Source: Thermodesulfobacteriota bacterium (lineage in GTDB: Bacteria; Desulfobacterota; Desulfarculia; JACQYL01). Taken from it: a stretch of DNA of 64,000 nt. Positions 1 through 9,351 of this stretch are shown here, one piece after another. Position 1 is the first letter of the stretch, and each line of letters starts with the position of its first letter. A model generated the notes under the pieces. That model ran no database searches. It saw nothing but the letters and a program-made list of their open reading frames with translations, and was not told the DNA's origin. A program made the position numbers and the translations under genes. The stretch is from contig CAXXLZ010000002.1 in assembly GCA_963675595.2 (NCBI GenBank), positions 160,001 through 224,000 of the forward strand, in the 5' to 3' direction.

Positions 1-11
1 AAGGAGGGACC

Positions 12-671
12 ATGAAAACGGACCCCCCCAAGTATCTCAAGGACCTCGAGGCGGGAATCCTCGAGATGGCCACCACCGCGGAAGAAGCTCTTCGTGATTC
101 CCTCACCGCGCTCCTGCAACGCGATGCCGAACTGGCCGCCCAAGTCGCCCGCAACGACAAGCGGATCAACGACATGGACGAAAAGATTCAGGCCGATTGT
201 CTGAACCTTTTGGCTCTGCGGCAACCCATGGCCGCGGACTTGCGCTACGTAACTTCGGTCATGCGCATCTCTTCGGACCTGGAACGGGTCGGTGATATGG
301 CCAAGAACATCGCCAAGAAGGCCATTGCCCTGAGCGCTCGGCCTCCGCTCCCTTTCCGCGTGGACATCGAGTCCCTCGGAGACATTGCCGCCACCATGTT
401 GCGAGACAGCATCACCGCCTTTATCAATCGAGATACGACAACGGCCCGGGAAATATGTCGACGCGACGACCAAGCGGACGCCTTGGCCCGTGAAATCATC
501 CGCGACCTGCTCGACCACATGGTGCGCGACACCCCGGCCGTACATCGAGCGCTCGACTATATTTTCATCGACCGACATTTGGAGCGCGTGGCGGACTACG
601 CCACCAATATCTGCGAATCCACCATCCTTTATGCCGAGGGGCGCAACATCAAGCACCACGCCGTGGCCTGA
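12..671 (+). CDS. phoU: Phosphate signalling complex protein PhoU
   Basis: Two PhoU repeats (QPMAADLR...DLERVGD; LERVADYATNICE); RBS GGAGG upstream. Confidence 0.95.
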   Translation: MKTDPPKYLKDLEAGILEMATTAEEALRDSLTALLQRDAELAAQVARNDKRINDMDEKIQADCLNLLALRQPMAADLRYVTSVMRISSDLERVGDMAKNIAKKAIALSARPPLPFRVDIESLGDIAATMLRDSITAFINRDTTTAREICRRDDQADALAREIIRDLLDHMVRDTPAVHRALDYIFIDRHLERVADYATNICESTILYAEGRNIKHHAVA

Positions 672-836
672 TCCGCGCACCCGACGACCGAATCCCCGTC
701 CCTCGCCCTGTGGGACGGCTGATGCACGCCGTTCGGAAACGATGCCCTGCAAGGCGCGCAAACCTCGACGCAGGAGACGCACATCATGGTACGTCGCAGC
801 GCCGAGGGAATAAGGGCAACGCCGCCCATCGGGCTT

Positions 837-1271
837 CTACGCGTGTGAATTCGCCCAGTCTACAATGGCCTGTGCGGACAATGCCCCGGAAACCCTGGCC
901 TTCTCCCTGCCGTTCTCGAAAAGGACCATGGTGGGAATGGACATGATTCCGTACTTTCCCCCAAGTCCCTGTTCCTCTTCCGTATTCACCTTGGCGAAAA
1001 GCACCCGAGTCCCCAACGTATGAGCCGCCTGCTCAAAAGCCGGCGCCATCATCTTGCAGGGTCCGCACCACGGAGCCCAGAAATCCACCAACACCGGCAG
1101 GTCGTTCCTGCCCACGTACTTGTCGAACCCGCCTTCTTTCAAAGCCACGGGTTTGCCTGTGACGATGCGGCCGTGACATTTACCGCAGGAGGGCCCTTCC
1201 GCGATTCTCTTCGACGGCAGCCGGTTTACCGCTCCACATTGAGCACAAACAACGTGAATCGACTGATCCAT
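837..1271 (-). CDS. trxC: Thioredoxin 2 (Zn-finger N-terminus)
   Basis: N-terminal CAQC...CGKC zinc motifs plus WCGPC active site; ATG at 1271 preceded by GGAGG; TAG stop. Confidence 0.93.
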   Translation of the reverse strand: MDQSIHVVCAQCGAVNRLPSKRIAEGPSCGKCHGRIVTGKPVALKEGGFDKYVGRNDLPVLVDFWAPWCGPCKMMAPAFEQAAHTLGTRVLFAKVNTEEEQGLGGKYGIMSIPTMVLFENGREKARVSGALSAQAIVDWANSHA

Positions 1272-1678
1272 GAAACCTCCTTTTTTCGGCGATGGAAACC
1301 CTGAAAGCAATCGTTACCCATAAGATACGTCCGGTCCTTCGCGATGCAAGACACCGGGACGGCTATTGCATGAGCCGGATCGTACCGGAATTCACGGCCA
1401 AGCCTGCCGCAACCGGGTTCCCTCTCCTGTTCCCGGACTCTTTGAGATTCTCATTCCCAGGGCACCGGAGGGAATAGCGTTCCCACGGCGACCCTATGAA
1501 TAAATACGCTAAGCCTGCGGGGTGAAAACCAAAGCCGACCCAGAGAAGGAAAGCGTACGGATCTCTTGACGAATGCGGAAGGGACGATAGGACGTGGGTT
1601 GTCGTGGGTTCAAGGAGAAAACGGGCAAAGGAAGCGTGCCTCGCTCTTAAGGGCCGCAAGGGCGTTGTCGGACCCGTA

Positions 1679-2566
1679 CTACACGTTCAGACGCGCTCCG
1701 TCCAGGTACATCAGGCTTCGGCCGACCCGTCGGATGTTGTGAAATCCTTCCTTCAACATCACGACCCGTTCCAAGCCGATGCCCAGTCCGGCCCAGGAAT
1801 CCGCGATGTTCCAATTGGCGTCCAGGGGATGCGGTCCCACGGCGCCCGACGCGATTTCCACCCCGTCCGCCAGGATGTCGGTGGTATCCCCGTAGACTTC
1901 GGATTTCTCCGTCTCCAGGCGGTAGGGGAGCCCGATGACTTCCATGATTCCGTGTGCCAACACCTCGAGTCGGGCCTGCGAATCCCCCTCCATGCCCATT
2001 TCCACCAAGTTCAGCATGGTGAACTCGGAAAGATGCCTGGAGCCTTTGGATTCCTTACGGAAACAACTGCCGATCTCGAACATGCGGACGGGAAACGACC
2101 AAGTCCTGGTCACATGCCCCATCAAATGATAAAGATTGGGAGCCAACATGGGACGAAGGCAGGTTTTTCGATCGATCCAATACACTTGTTCAAGCAAAGG
2201 GTGTCCCTCCCCGATGCCCATTTTCGTGAGCATTCCCCGGGCGAGCGTGGTGGGAGTACTCACTTCGACGAAGCCTTTCCCGGTGAGCCAAGCGACCAGA
2301 TTCCACTCCAGCACTCGGAGGGAGGGTCTGAGTTTTTCCTGCTGAAGCCGCGTCAATCTTTCCCGCGTGCTCTCGACCAACTCTCGCTCCAGCGTGCGAA
2401 AAGCCGCGTCCCGGTCTTTTTCCGAGGCATATTCGGATCGGGTGGCGGTTTCTTCTATATCCAACTCAATGAGTCGCTGCTTCTGCGTGGCGGTAAATTC
2501 CAAAGTCGATTCTTCTCCATGTGGGACGGTGGAAAGACATTGGCTGCCGTGGGTGGTCCGTTCCAT
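1679..2566 (-). CDS. pylSc: Pyrrolysyl-tRNA synthetase, catalytic (C-terminal) domain
   Basis: PylRS signatures QKQRLIEL, LRPMLAPNLY, FEIGSCFRKES, HLSEFTMLNL, SGAVGPHPLD, GLGIGLER, YLDGARLN; RBS AGGAG; TAG stop. Confidence 0.95.
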   Translation of the reverse strand: MERTTHGSQCLSTVPHGEESTLEFTATQKQRLIELDIEETATRSEYASEKDRDAAFRTLERELVESTRERLTRLQQEKLRPSLRVLEWNLVAWLTGKGFVEVSTPTTLARGMLTKMGIGEGHPLLEQVYWIDRKTCLRPMLAPNLYHLMGHVTRTWSFPVRMFEIGSCFRKESKGSRHLSEFTMLNLVEMGMEGDSQARLEVLAHGIMEVIGLPYRLETEKSEVYGDTTDILADGVEIASGAVGPHPLDANWNIADSWAGLGIGLERVVMLKEGFHNIRRVGRSLMYLDGARLNV

Positions 2567-2650
2567 GCCACTCCTGAGCAGGAAACGACAAGCCGGCGAA
2601 TCATTGGAGGGAACTCCGATCCGGCAGCCCGTCGAAAAACGATGAGCTGC

Positions 2651-4831
2651 TTAAAAACGCTCCTCCAAATCCACCATGACCGTGGTGGCTCCCTCATGGT
2701 GGCGAACCTCACCGGCCAATTCCCGCTCGACCAGATCGTGACCTCGCTCCTCCCACCAGGCTTGCGCGTCCTTACGAGTCCAGGACCCCGCGTCACGGCA
2801 GCTCGACAACCGATCCTTCAGCTCTTCCGTGTTCTGCGGACGCTTGTCCGGGTCTTTCTCCAGACAGGCCATCACCAAGTCTTCCAGGTCTTCGGACAGC
2901 GGGCGGCCCAGCTTTTCGGAAGGCCGTTGCGGCGGATCATGGACCTGTTTCCGACAAATCTCAATGGAGTCCCCGCCCTCGAAAACGTCCCTGCCCGCCA
3001 ACAAAAAATAGGCCACCGCGCCCAAGGAGTAAAGATCGCTGCGCCCGTCGATCTCCCCCGGAGTGACGATGGCTTCCGGTGCTAGGTACTTGGGCGTGCC
3101 GGCGGCGAATTTGGGTCCCGGGCCCGGAGTCTTGATCGCGAACTTCACCAGGCCGAAATCGCACACTTTGACCATGTCGAAGTCACCGCCCCGCTCATAG
3201 ATGATGATGTTCTCCGGTTTGATGTCCCGATGAATCATGCCCGTTGCATGGGCCTCGTTCAGCGACGCGCAAACCTGGAGGACGATGTGGATGACCCGGC
3301 CTTCCGGCAGGGGTCCGCAGGCCTCCACCAGGGTGTGAAGATTGACGCCGGGCAGGTACTCCATCACGTAATAGAACACCCCTTCGGGGGTGCGGCCATA
3401 GTCGAAAATTCGAATGGTGTTCAGATGCGTGAGCTGGCTCGTGAGCTGAACTTCACGCTCAAACCTTGTGATGGCCTCCTCGTTGGTCCGCTCAGGTCGC
3501 AACAGCTTGATGGCACAGGGTCTCCTCAACATGGCGTGTCGGGCTTTCCACACGGCCCCCGCCCCCCCCACTCCGAGCTTCCGTTCGAGGGTATACTGAC
3601 CCAGCTTTTCGGCCCGCTTCTCGGCGTGGAGCATACGCCTGCGCTGAGAAGAAATGATCCGGGTGGCGAGCACGGTGGACACGGCGGTGAGCAACAGCAA
3701 TCCGAAGAGAATACCGAACGTATACCGCAGAAGCATCAAGGGCCGGAAGGCCTCTTCCGCATCCTCTTCCGTGGCCACACCGAAGCCGTATTCGGGCAAC
3801 CAGGTCCATGCCCCGAGGACCGGCACGCCGCGATAGTCGCGGTACCCCTCGACATCCACACCGCTTTTCCCTTGCGCGACCTCCGCGGCCATTTTGGTCA
3901 GGGGCTGCTGGTCCCGCGGGATGGGTTTGAACCCCTCGACCATGTTGCCGCGCGGATTCTTGATGACCACGTTGAGGATGGCCTGCACGTGGGGCTTGTC
4001 GGGAAGCAGTCCGATGCGCTTGAGATGTTCGTCGAACCGACTCTGGGAGATCATCAACCCGTGCGCGTCCAAAGCGTAGGTTTCCCCGCTCTTGCCGGGG
4101 CGGGCCACACTCAGAATTCCGGTAAATTCACGGCTGGGCCGGATTCTCAAACCAAGCACCGCCGCGACTCCGCCCCCTCCGTCTCGCACCGGGGTCGCCG
4201 CGAACATGGTAGGCGCGTGAGGATGCATGACGCCGTGATCATCCGCCAGCGGCAGCGGCGAGCGATAAGGTCGACTGACCACCGTCTTTCCCGCCAAGGC
4301 CCGTTTCACGAAATCGGAAGCGTCGTAGGCGGTCTTCAAGCCGAGATACCGATCGTCCAGAGCCCCCACATTCACGCCCTGGGGATCGATGACCAGAAAA
4401 TCCACATATCCCTGGGCCCTGCACAAGGGTCCCAAGACCCCTCGGATTCTTTCCAGCGCATTGGAGCCCGCGCTTCCAAATACCGGGCGATTGCTCGGAC
4501 TTCCGTAGCGGACGAGCTCCAGGATGTTCCTGCGGACCTCCGGTTCGGCGGCCACGGACTCCACGGTGCTCTCCTGCTTTTCCAGCCAGATCTTCAGCGC
4601 GGTGACGTCCGCATTCAAAATGGTTTCCAGCTTGGAGGCCAGCACGTCCTTCATGGCCCGCTCCACCGTGGCGTGACTCAAATACCCCACTACCGCCAGA
4701 ATCACGGTCATGGCCACGGGAAAGACCCACCGCATCATGGACGGCACGGCTGCGGGCTCAGGGGCGCTGTAGCGCACCACTACCTTGGATTCGGTTCGAT
4801 TCGCGTCGGTTGTTCGGTCTTCATCGGTCAC
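2651..4831 (-). CDS. Membrane Ser/Thr protein kinase with extracytoplasmic Cache-like sensor domain
   Basis: Two TM segments flanking a Cache-like region (GETY, YRDYRGVPVLGAW); C-terminal Hanks kinase motifs GVGGAG, AIK, HRDIKPEN, DFG, GTPKYLAPE. Confidence 0.9.
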   Translation of the reverse strand: MTDEDRTTDANRTESKVVVRYSAPEPAAVPSMMRWVFPVAMTVILAVVGYLSHATVERAMKDVLASKLETILNADVTALKIWLEKQESTVESVAAEPEVRRNILELVRYGSPSNRPVFGSAGSNALERIRGVLGPLCRAQGYVDFLVIDPQGVNVGALDDRYLGLKTAYDASDFVKRALAGKTVVSRPYRSPLPLADDHGVMHPHAPTMFAATPVRDGGGGVAAVLGLRIRPSREFTGILSVARPGKSGETYALDAHGLMISQSRFDEHLKRIGLLPDKPHVQAILNVVIKNPRGNMVEGFKPIPRDQQPLTKMAAEVAQGKSGVDVEGYRDYRGVPVLGAWTWLPEYGFGVATEEDAEEAFRPLMLLRYTFGILFGLLLLTAVSTVLATRIISSQRRRMLHAEKRAEKLGQYTLERKLGVGGAGAVWKARHAMLRRPCAIKLLRPERTNEEAITRFEREVQLTSQLTHLNTIRIFDYGRTPEGVFYYVMEYLPGVNLHTLVEACGPLPEGRVIHIVLQVCASLNEAHATGMIHRDIKPENIIIYERGGDFDMVKVCDFGLVKFAIKTPGPGPKFAAGTPKYLAPEAIVTPGEIDGRSDLYSLGAVAYFLLAGRDVFEGGDSIEICRKQVHDPPQRPSEKLGRPLSEDLEDLVMACLEKDPDKRPQNTEELKDRLSSCRDAGSWTRKDAQAWWEERGHDLVERELAGEVRHHEGATTVMVDLEERF

Positions 4832-5078
4832 GGCTTCTCATCCCTTTTGAAGCGCCGGCGACTTCGGTTGCCCAACGATTTGGCCTGTCGGGGATTCCGG
4901 TTTCGGCAGACCACCGGACTTGAGGAGATCCCGGGAACGCGCTCGGCAGGATCCGGGACGCTGCTTTTCGAGCTTTACGAGTGCATAGGTTTAAAGTCTA
5001 ACCGAGGCCGACCGTTGCCATCAAGAACAACCGTTCGATCCCCTCGTTCAAGTAAATGCGCGTGACCACCATGCCGAC

Positions 5079-5113
5079 AAAAAAGCCCCCGCGGCTCGAA
5101 ACACCGCGAGGGC
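5079..5113 (-). terminator. Rho-independent terminator after the amt operon
   Basis: Minus strand GCCCTCGCGG-loop-CCGCGGGGGC followed by T6. Confidence 0.7.
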
Positions 5114-5143
5114 GAGATGGGTGCTGCGAAATGAGATCAGCCT

Positions 5144-5383
5144 TTATTTTCCGCCCACCTTGGTCCGGTCGATGAGAATCGACGTAAGAGATTCCCGATC
5201 GCCGTAGGTTTCCGTGTCTTCCCTGTAGGCTTCGTTCTCCATCTTCGTCTGCCAGATATGCCAGATGATCCAGAAGGCCACCCCGATTATGACCAAGAAG
5301 ACTTCCGATCCGACAAAGGGATACATGGGACCGATATCGGTGATATTGCCCGTCCAGTTTTGAATCAAACCCGTTGTCATCAT
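5144..5383 (-). CDS. Small single-TM membrane protein co-transcribed with amt
   Basis: Starts 14 nt after the amt stop with RBS AGGAGG; IGPMYPFVGSE motif followed by one TM helix. Confidence 0.75.
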   Translation of the reverse strand: MMTTGLIQNWTGNITDIGPMYPFVGSEVFLVIIGVAFWIIWHIWQTKMENEAYREDTETYGDRESLTSILIDRTKVGGK

Positions 5384-5397
5384 TTCCTCCTTCGACG

Positions 5398-6801
5398 CTA
5401 TTTGACTAGTCCGGCCGCCCTGGCTTCTTCCAACTCGGCCTGTGCCACGTCTTCCTCACTGAGATACCGGCCGTGATATTCGGCGATGTCCAGACCCATG
5501 AGCTCTACCCGCTCGGGAATTCGCAGCATGCCCAACGCCTTGAAAATGCGGGCCAGAACCCATCCCGGTATGAAGCCCAGGACGAAAAACATGATCACCG
5601 CGCCGACGAAGTTGCCCAAGGGGTTAATATGGGCGAATTCGGGATTCGGGGAAGAGGGGTAGCCCCACAGCATGAACCCGGCCACGACCACGCCGAAGAA
5701 ACCGGTATACCCGTGCACCGCTACGGCTCCCACCGCGTCGTCGAGTTTGAATTTGCGCTCGACCCAGTAATGCATTTTGTAAGCGAAGACAACGCCTATG
5801 GCCCCGATCAACATGGCTTGAATGGGATGATACAGGTCATTGCCGGCGGAAGCCGCGATGATTCCGGCGAGGCCGCCCGAATAGGTCCAGAACGCGTCGC
5901 CTTTGGAAACGATGTACGCGGACATCAAACCGCCGGAAAAGGACATGATAAAGTTAAAGGTGATGGCCGAGAGGGTTGTGGGCGCCAAATAAATGTTGGT
6001 CGCCGAATAGAAGACTCCGTCCCCTGCTTGAATGTCCCACATGGGGATGTTGCACGCGGCATAGAAGCCCCAGAAACCCACAAAGATGATAAAGAGCCCG
6101 ATGGTCACCAACCAGGGGTTGTGGGGAACGATGTCCCGAGGCGTGCCGTCCGCTTTGAATTTTCCGATGCGGGGCCCCAAATTAAGCAAAACCCCCAAAG
6201 CGAATCCGCCCGCGATGGCGTGAATCACTCCGGATGCGTAGGCGTCGTGATAGCCCAGTAGCCGTACCATCCATCCTTCCGGATGCCAGCCCCACGCCGC
6301 GTCGATGATCCACAAGACGGAACCCAGCAACATCGCCAGAATCCAGAAGGCGGAGGAGCGAATGCGCTCAATGGCCGCGCCTGAAACAATGGAAGCCGCC
6401 GTCCAAGAAAAGAGCAGGAACGCCGCCCAGAAGACGCCGTTCAACCTGGACCATGCCATGGTATCGTCGGCGGTCAGCGCGGCTGATACGGGGTTGCCGC
6501 CCATGTGCGTGCCCATGAGCTCGCTCCAAGGTGTGGCAAATGGAGCGGCGACCAATCCGCCTGTTATGCCCGGCCCATTGGGCAGGGCGAAATAGAGCCA
6601 CCACCCGAAAAAGAAAAAGCTTACCGATACGACGGGAATACACATCGTATTCTTCATCAGTGTGTGCATCATGTTCTTCTGCCGGGATGCGGCGACCTCG
6701 TACACACAGAACCCCACGTGGATCAGGAACATGAAGACCACCATGGTCCAGTAGTAATACTCCGTGAACAATACGGTCAACGCACCGATTTCAGTATCCA
6801 T
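5398..6801 (-). CDS. amt: Ammonium/methylammonium transporter (Amt family)
   Basis: Multi-TM protein; SGAAIER, HDAYASGVIH, LGPRIGKF, DDAVGAVAVHG (twin-His pore); RBS AGGAGG. Confidence 0.9.
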   Translation of the reverse strand: MDTEIGALTVLFTEYYYWTMVVFMFLIHVGFCVYEVAASRQKNMMHTLMKNTMCIPVVSVSFFFFGWWLYFALPNGPGITGGLVAAPFATPWSELMGTHMGGNPVSAALTADDTMAWSRLNGVFWAAFLLFSWTAASIVSGAAIERIRSSAFWILAMLLGSVLWIIDAAWGWHPEGWMVRLLGYHDAYASGVIHAIAGGFALGVLLNLGPRIGKFKADGTPRDIVPHNPWLVTIGLFIIFVGFWGFYAACNIPMWDIQAGDGVFYSATNIYLAPTTLSAITFNFIMSFSGGLMSAYIVSKGDAFWTYSGGLAGIIAASAGNDLYHPIQAMLIGAIGVVFAYKMHYWVERKFKLDDAVGAVAVHGYTGFFGVVVAGFMLWGYPSSPNPEFAHINPLGNFVGAVIMFFVLGFIPGWVLARIFKALGMLRIPERVELMGLDIAEYHGRYLSEEDVAQAELEEARAAGLVK

Positions 6802-6984
6802 CTACTCCTCCTTCTTACGGTTAAACTGCCAAACACTCGCCGACCAACCTCCTTTCCTTCGATTTCCAGAGCATCACGCCAGGTCGGACCACTCCCCGCC
6901 GGCCGCGACGCGGACAACCACAAGGTTTGTTCGCTTGATCCTGTTTGGGAAAAGCTGGGGATCTTCTTGATTTCATTGTGTATG

Positions 6985-7073
6985 GCGAAACAAGAGCCCC
7001 CCTAAGAGGGGTTTAAGTATAAGTGGGCGATATAAGCTCGTCAACACACAAACCTAATATTTTCAACGTATTA
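6985..7073 (-). promoter_or_regulatory. Possible sigma54-type promoter with IHF-like site upstream of amt
   Basis: GG-N10-GC (GGCTCTTGTTTCGC) at 6998-6985; IHF-like TTTCAACGTATTA near 7061-7073 in an AT-rich tract; weak match. Confidence 0.3.
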
Positions 7074-7142
7074 GCTTACATTAAAGAAATAGGCGCAACT
7101 TAATACTCAATTAAAACTCCCCCCAAAATAGGGTGGCCCGCG

Positions 7143-7424
7143 TCACTTTCGCTTCAACAGGTCCAGCTCCACCTTGAGCTCCCCGATCTGTCGGTATAAC
7201 TCGGCTCGGAGTTCCTCGGACTCCTTCGCCGAACTCTTATTCTTCTTCATGAAAAGCTGAGGAAGCTCGGACAAGAGACGATTCTTCCACTGCCGTACCT
7301 GATTCGGATGAATCCGGTACTCTTCAGCCAGTTGGCTCGCCGTTTTGGCCCCTCTAACGGCTTCCAAGGCCACTCTCGCCTTGAATTTCGCCTCGTAGGT
7401 CTTCCGAGTGCGACCGGAGTCCAT
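7143..7424 (-). CDS. IS3-family transposase OrfA-like HTH protein, stand-alone
   Basis: FKARVALEA...LAEEYRIHPNQVRQWK...LYRQIGELKVELD; RBS AAAGGAG; no OrfB follows. Confidence 0.8.
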   Translation of the reverse strand: MDSGRTRKTYEAKFKARVALEAVRGAKTASQLAEEYRIHPNQVRQWKNRLLSELPQLFMKKNKSSAKESEELRAELYRQIGELKVELDLLKRK

Positions 7425-7500
7425 CGGTCTCCTTTCGTCCGGTTTCTCCGATCCGTGTAACCGGAGAATTGCCTGGGAAACAAAGTGCCAAAAGGTGAAT

Positions 7501-7516
7501 TCAAGTCTCGTGCCAA
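7501..7516 (-). promoter_or_regulatory. sigma54 (-24/-12) promoter candidate
   Basis: TTGGCACGAGACTTGA on the minus strand, about 77 nt upstream of the OrfA-like ATG. Confidence 0.5.
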
Positions 7517-7989
7517 CCCGTCGCCTTGCGCACAACACAAAAGCAAATAGTGGAACTTATTAGATAATATTCCCCGGCATCGAGCGTCTCACATGCCTCG
7601 ATGCCGACCGAAAGAACTACGATGATGTAGGGGAGTTGAGTGGTGGACAACCTCGCACGCCTTCCCGGGAAACCGAGCCCACCGGCAGCCTCTCTCTACC
7701 GGAAGGGTGGAACCATCCCCCCATGGATGTTTCAACGGGCCGGGGAAGAAGAATTGTCCTACGGGTTTCGCACCCAAGCGGTATGGGACCCGACAAAAAA
7801 ACAAAATCATACCTGTGGGTAGGATTACGACACACGACCTACCCGAAGGTCGGGCTGGAAAAGAATGAAGAACAGGCTTGACGGAAGTAGGAGCACTGGA
7901 ACGAAAGAGACGATGAGGCGCGTTTCGAGGTTACTGCAAAGCTTGGAGGAACACTGCGGAAACCCGCACCGAGCCGGGAGCCGGTTCCC

Positions 7990-8907
7990 TCAACCGACCC
8001 CGGTCTTGTCGGGGATCCCCAACAGATGCCGCTTCAGAAGTTCTTTGACGAAATCCGGCAGCACAAGACTCAGTGCACTACGGCAAAAGGGGCGGGCACA
8101 GCGCAGGAAAACGTGCACCGTCCCTCGCCGCCGTTGCCGCGGATCCGTGCATCCATCCTTCAAATAGGATCGAAGCACCCGAAAATGATCGGCCCAGTGC
8201 CGAACGCCGTCCCGCACCCGAGCGCTCGTGCTGCCGGGATAATGTCTCTTCCTGCTGACGCAATGGGGAACGTAAAGCAGTCGGCCTCTCAGGGCCAGGC
8301 CGAAGACCCAACCGTCGTCGGCGGCGAAGGATTCATACGAAGGCCGAATGAACAAGCCGGATCGGGCGATCACCTGCCTCCGGAAAAGGCCTCGGAAAGC
8401 TTTGCTCGGGCGCCAATGCAGCAACTTCATGGCGCTCAGGAAGGTCCAGGAATCCTCCGATGCAAAGGGAGGCGGTACGAATTCGTAGGAAGTGGGAGCA
8501 CCCGCCAGATCGACGGCCTCATAGGGCCCGAAAGCCCCCACCGCGTCGGGGTGCGCCTCCAGACACGACACCAGGTCGGGAATATAATTGCCGGGATACA
8601 TATCATCGTGGGGCATCCAAACAAAGTACCTGCCCGTGAATTCACCCAAAAGCGCATTGTAGTGATCCACCCAGCCGATACGATCCCTTCGTTTGATGAA
8701 TCGAAAACGGGGGTCCCGGCCGTATCGTTCCTCCAATACGTCCACGGCGTCGTCGACGCAATGCCGGTCCGAGATGATAATTTCCAAATTCCCGTACGTG
8801 AGGGCGTCCAGATTCATGATCAGGCCGTCCAGAAAGCGGCGGGACCGAAAAAGAGGAATTCCCACGGAAACCGGAGGCTCTTCCGGCATGTATTGGGAAC
8901 GGTTCAT
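7990..8907 (-). CDS. Glycosyltransferase family 2
   Basis: VSVGIP, EIIISD, YFVWMPHDD (DxD-like) GT-A fold motifs; start codon uncertain (8889-8949). Confidence 0.85.
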   Translation of the reverse strand: MNRSQYMPEEPPVSVGIPLFRSRRFLDGLIMNLDALTYGNLEIIISDRHCVDDAVDVLEERYGRDPRFRFIKRRDRIGWVDHYNALLGEFTGRYFVWMPHDDMYPGNYIPDLVSCLEAHPDAVGAFGPYEAVDLAGAPTSYEFVPPPFASEDSWTFLSAMKLLHWRPSKAFRGLFRRQVIARSGLFIRPSYESFAADDGWVFGLALRGRLLYVPHCVSRKRHYPGSTSARVRDGVRHWADHFRVLRSYLKDGCTDPRQRRRGTVHVFLRCARPFCRSALSLVLPDFVKELLKRHLLGIPDKTGVG

Positions 8908-9351
8908 TGCGGGATGTCCTTGACAGTGAAAGGCGCCCTTTTTCACCAATCCGCATCATTTGGCCATTGCAGCCGGCTGAAGAACGCCCGGATGACACCG
9001 GCTATGCCGGAACAAGCCGTTTATCCCTTAACGTATGGATAAAACAGCGTTTTCGTTCAGCCGAACTATAGAGAATCGATATCAGGGTGTCAAATGATGT
9101 CCAACCTTGCGTAAGCCGGATCCGCCTTCGGCCCGCCGTGAGCGAACCGGAACCCTGAAAGGCGGCCCTTCCCGCTCTTGGACATCCTGAGGAAGAACCG
9201 AAAAAACGCCTATTGTCCATCATGAAAGAAACGATGTAGGATCACTTTCCAGTCCGCCTGAGCCAATCACCGCGCGGATACGCACTGTGATCCGGATAAA
9301 CGTGACCGGACACCCCCCCTCAACCTTTCAACGGCCCATTCGGGAGGACCT

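Noticed and set aside
7590-7900. Structured ncRNA between the OrfA-like gene and the glycosyltransferase
   Set aside because: Only scattered short hairpins (for example GGGTAGG...CCTACCC); no recognisable family
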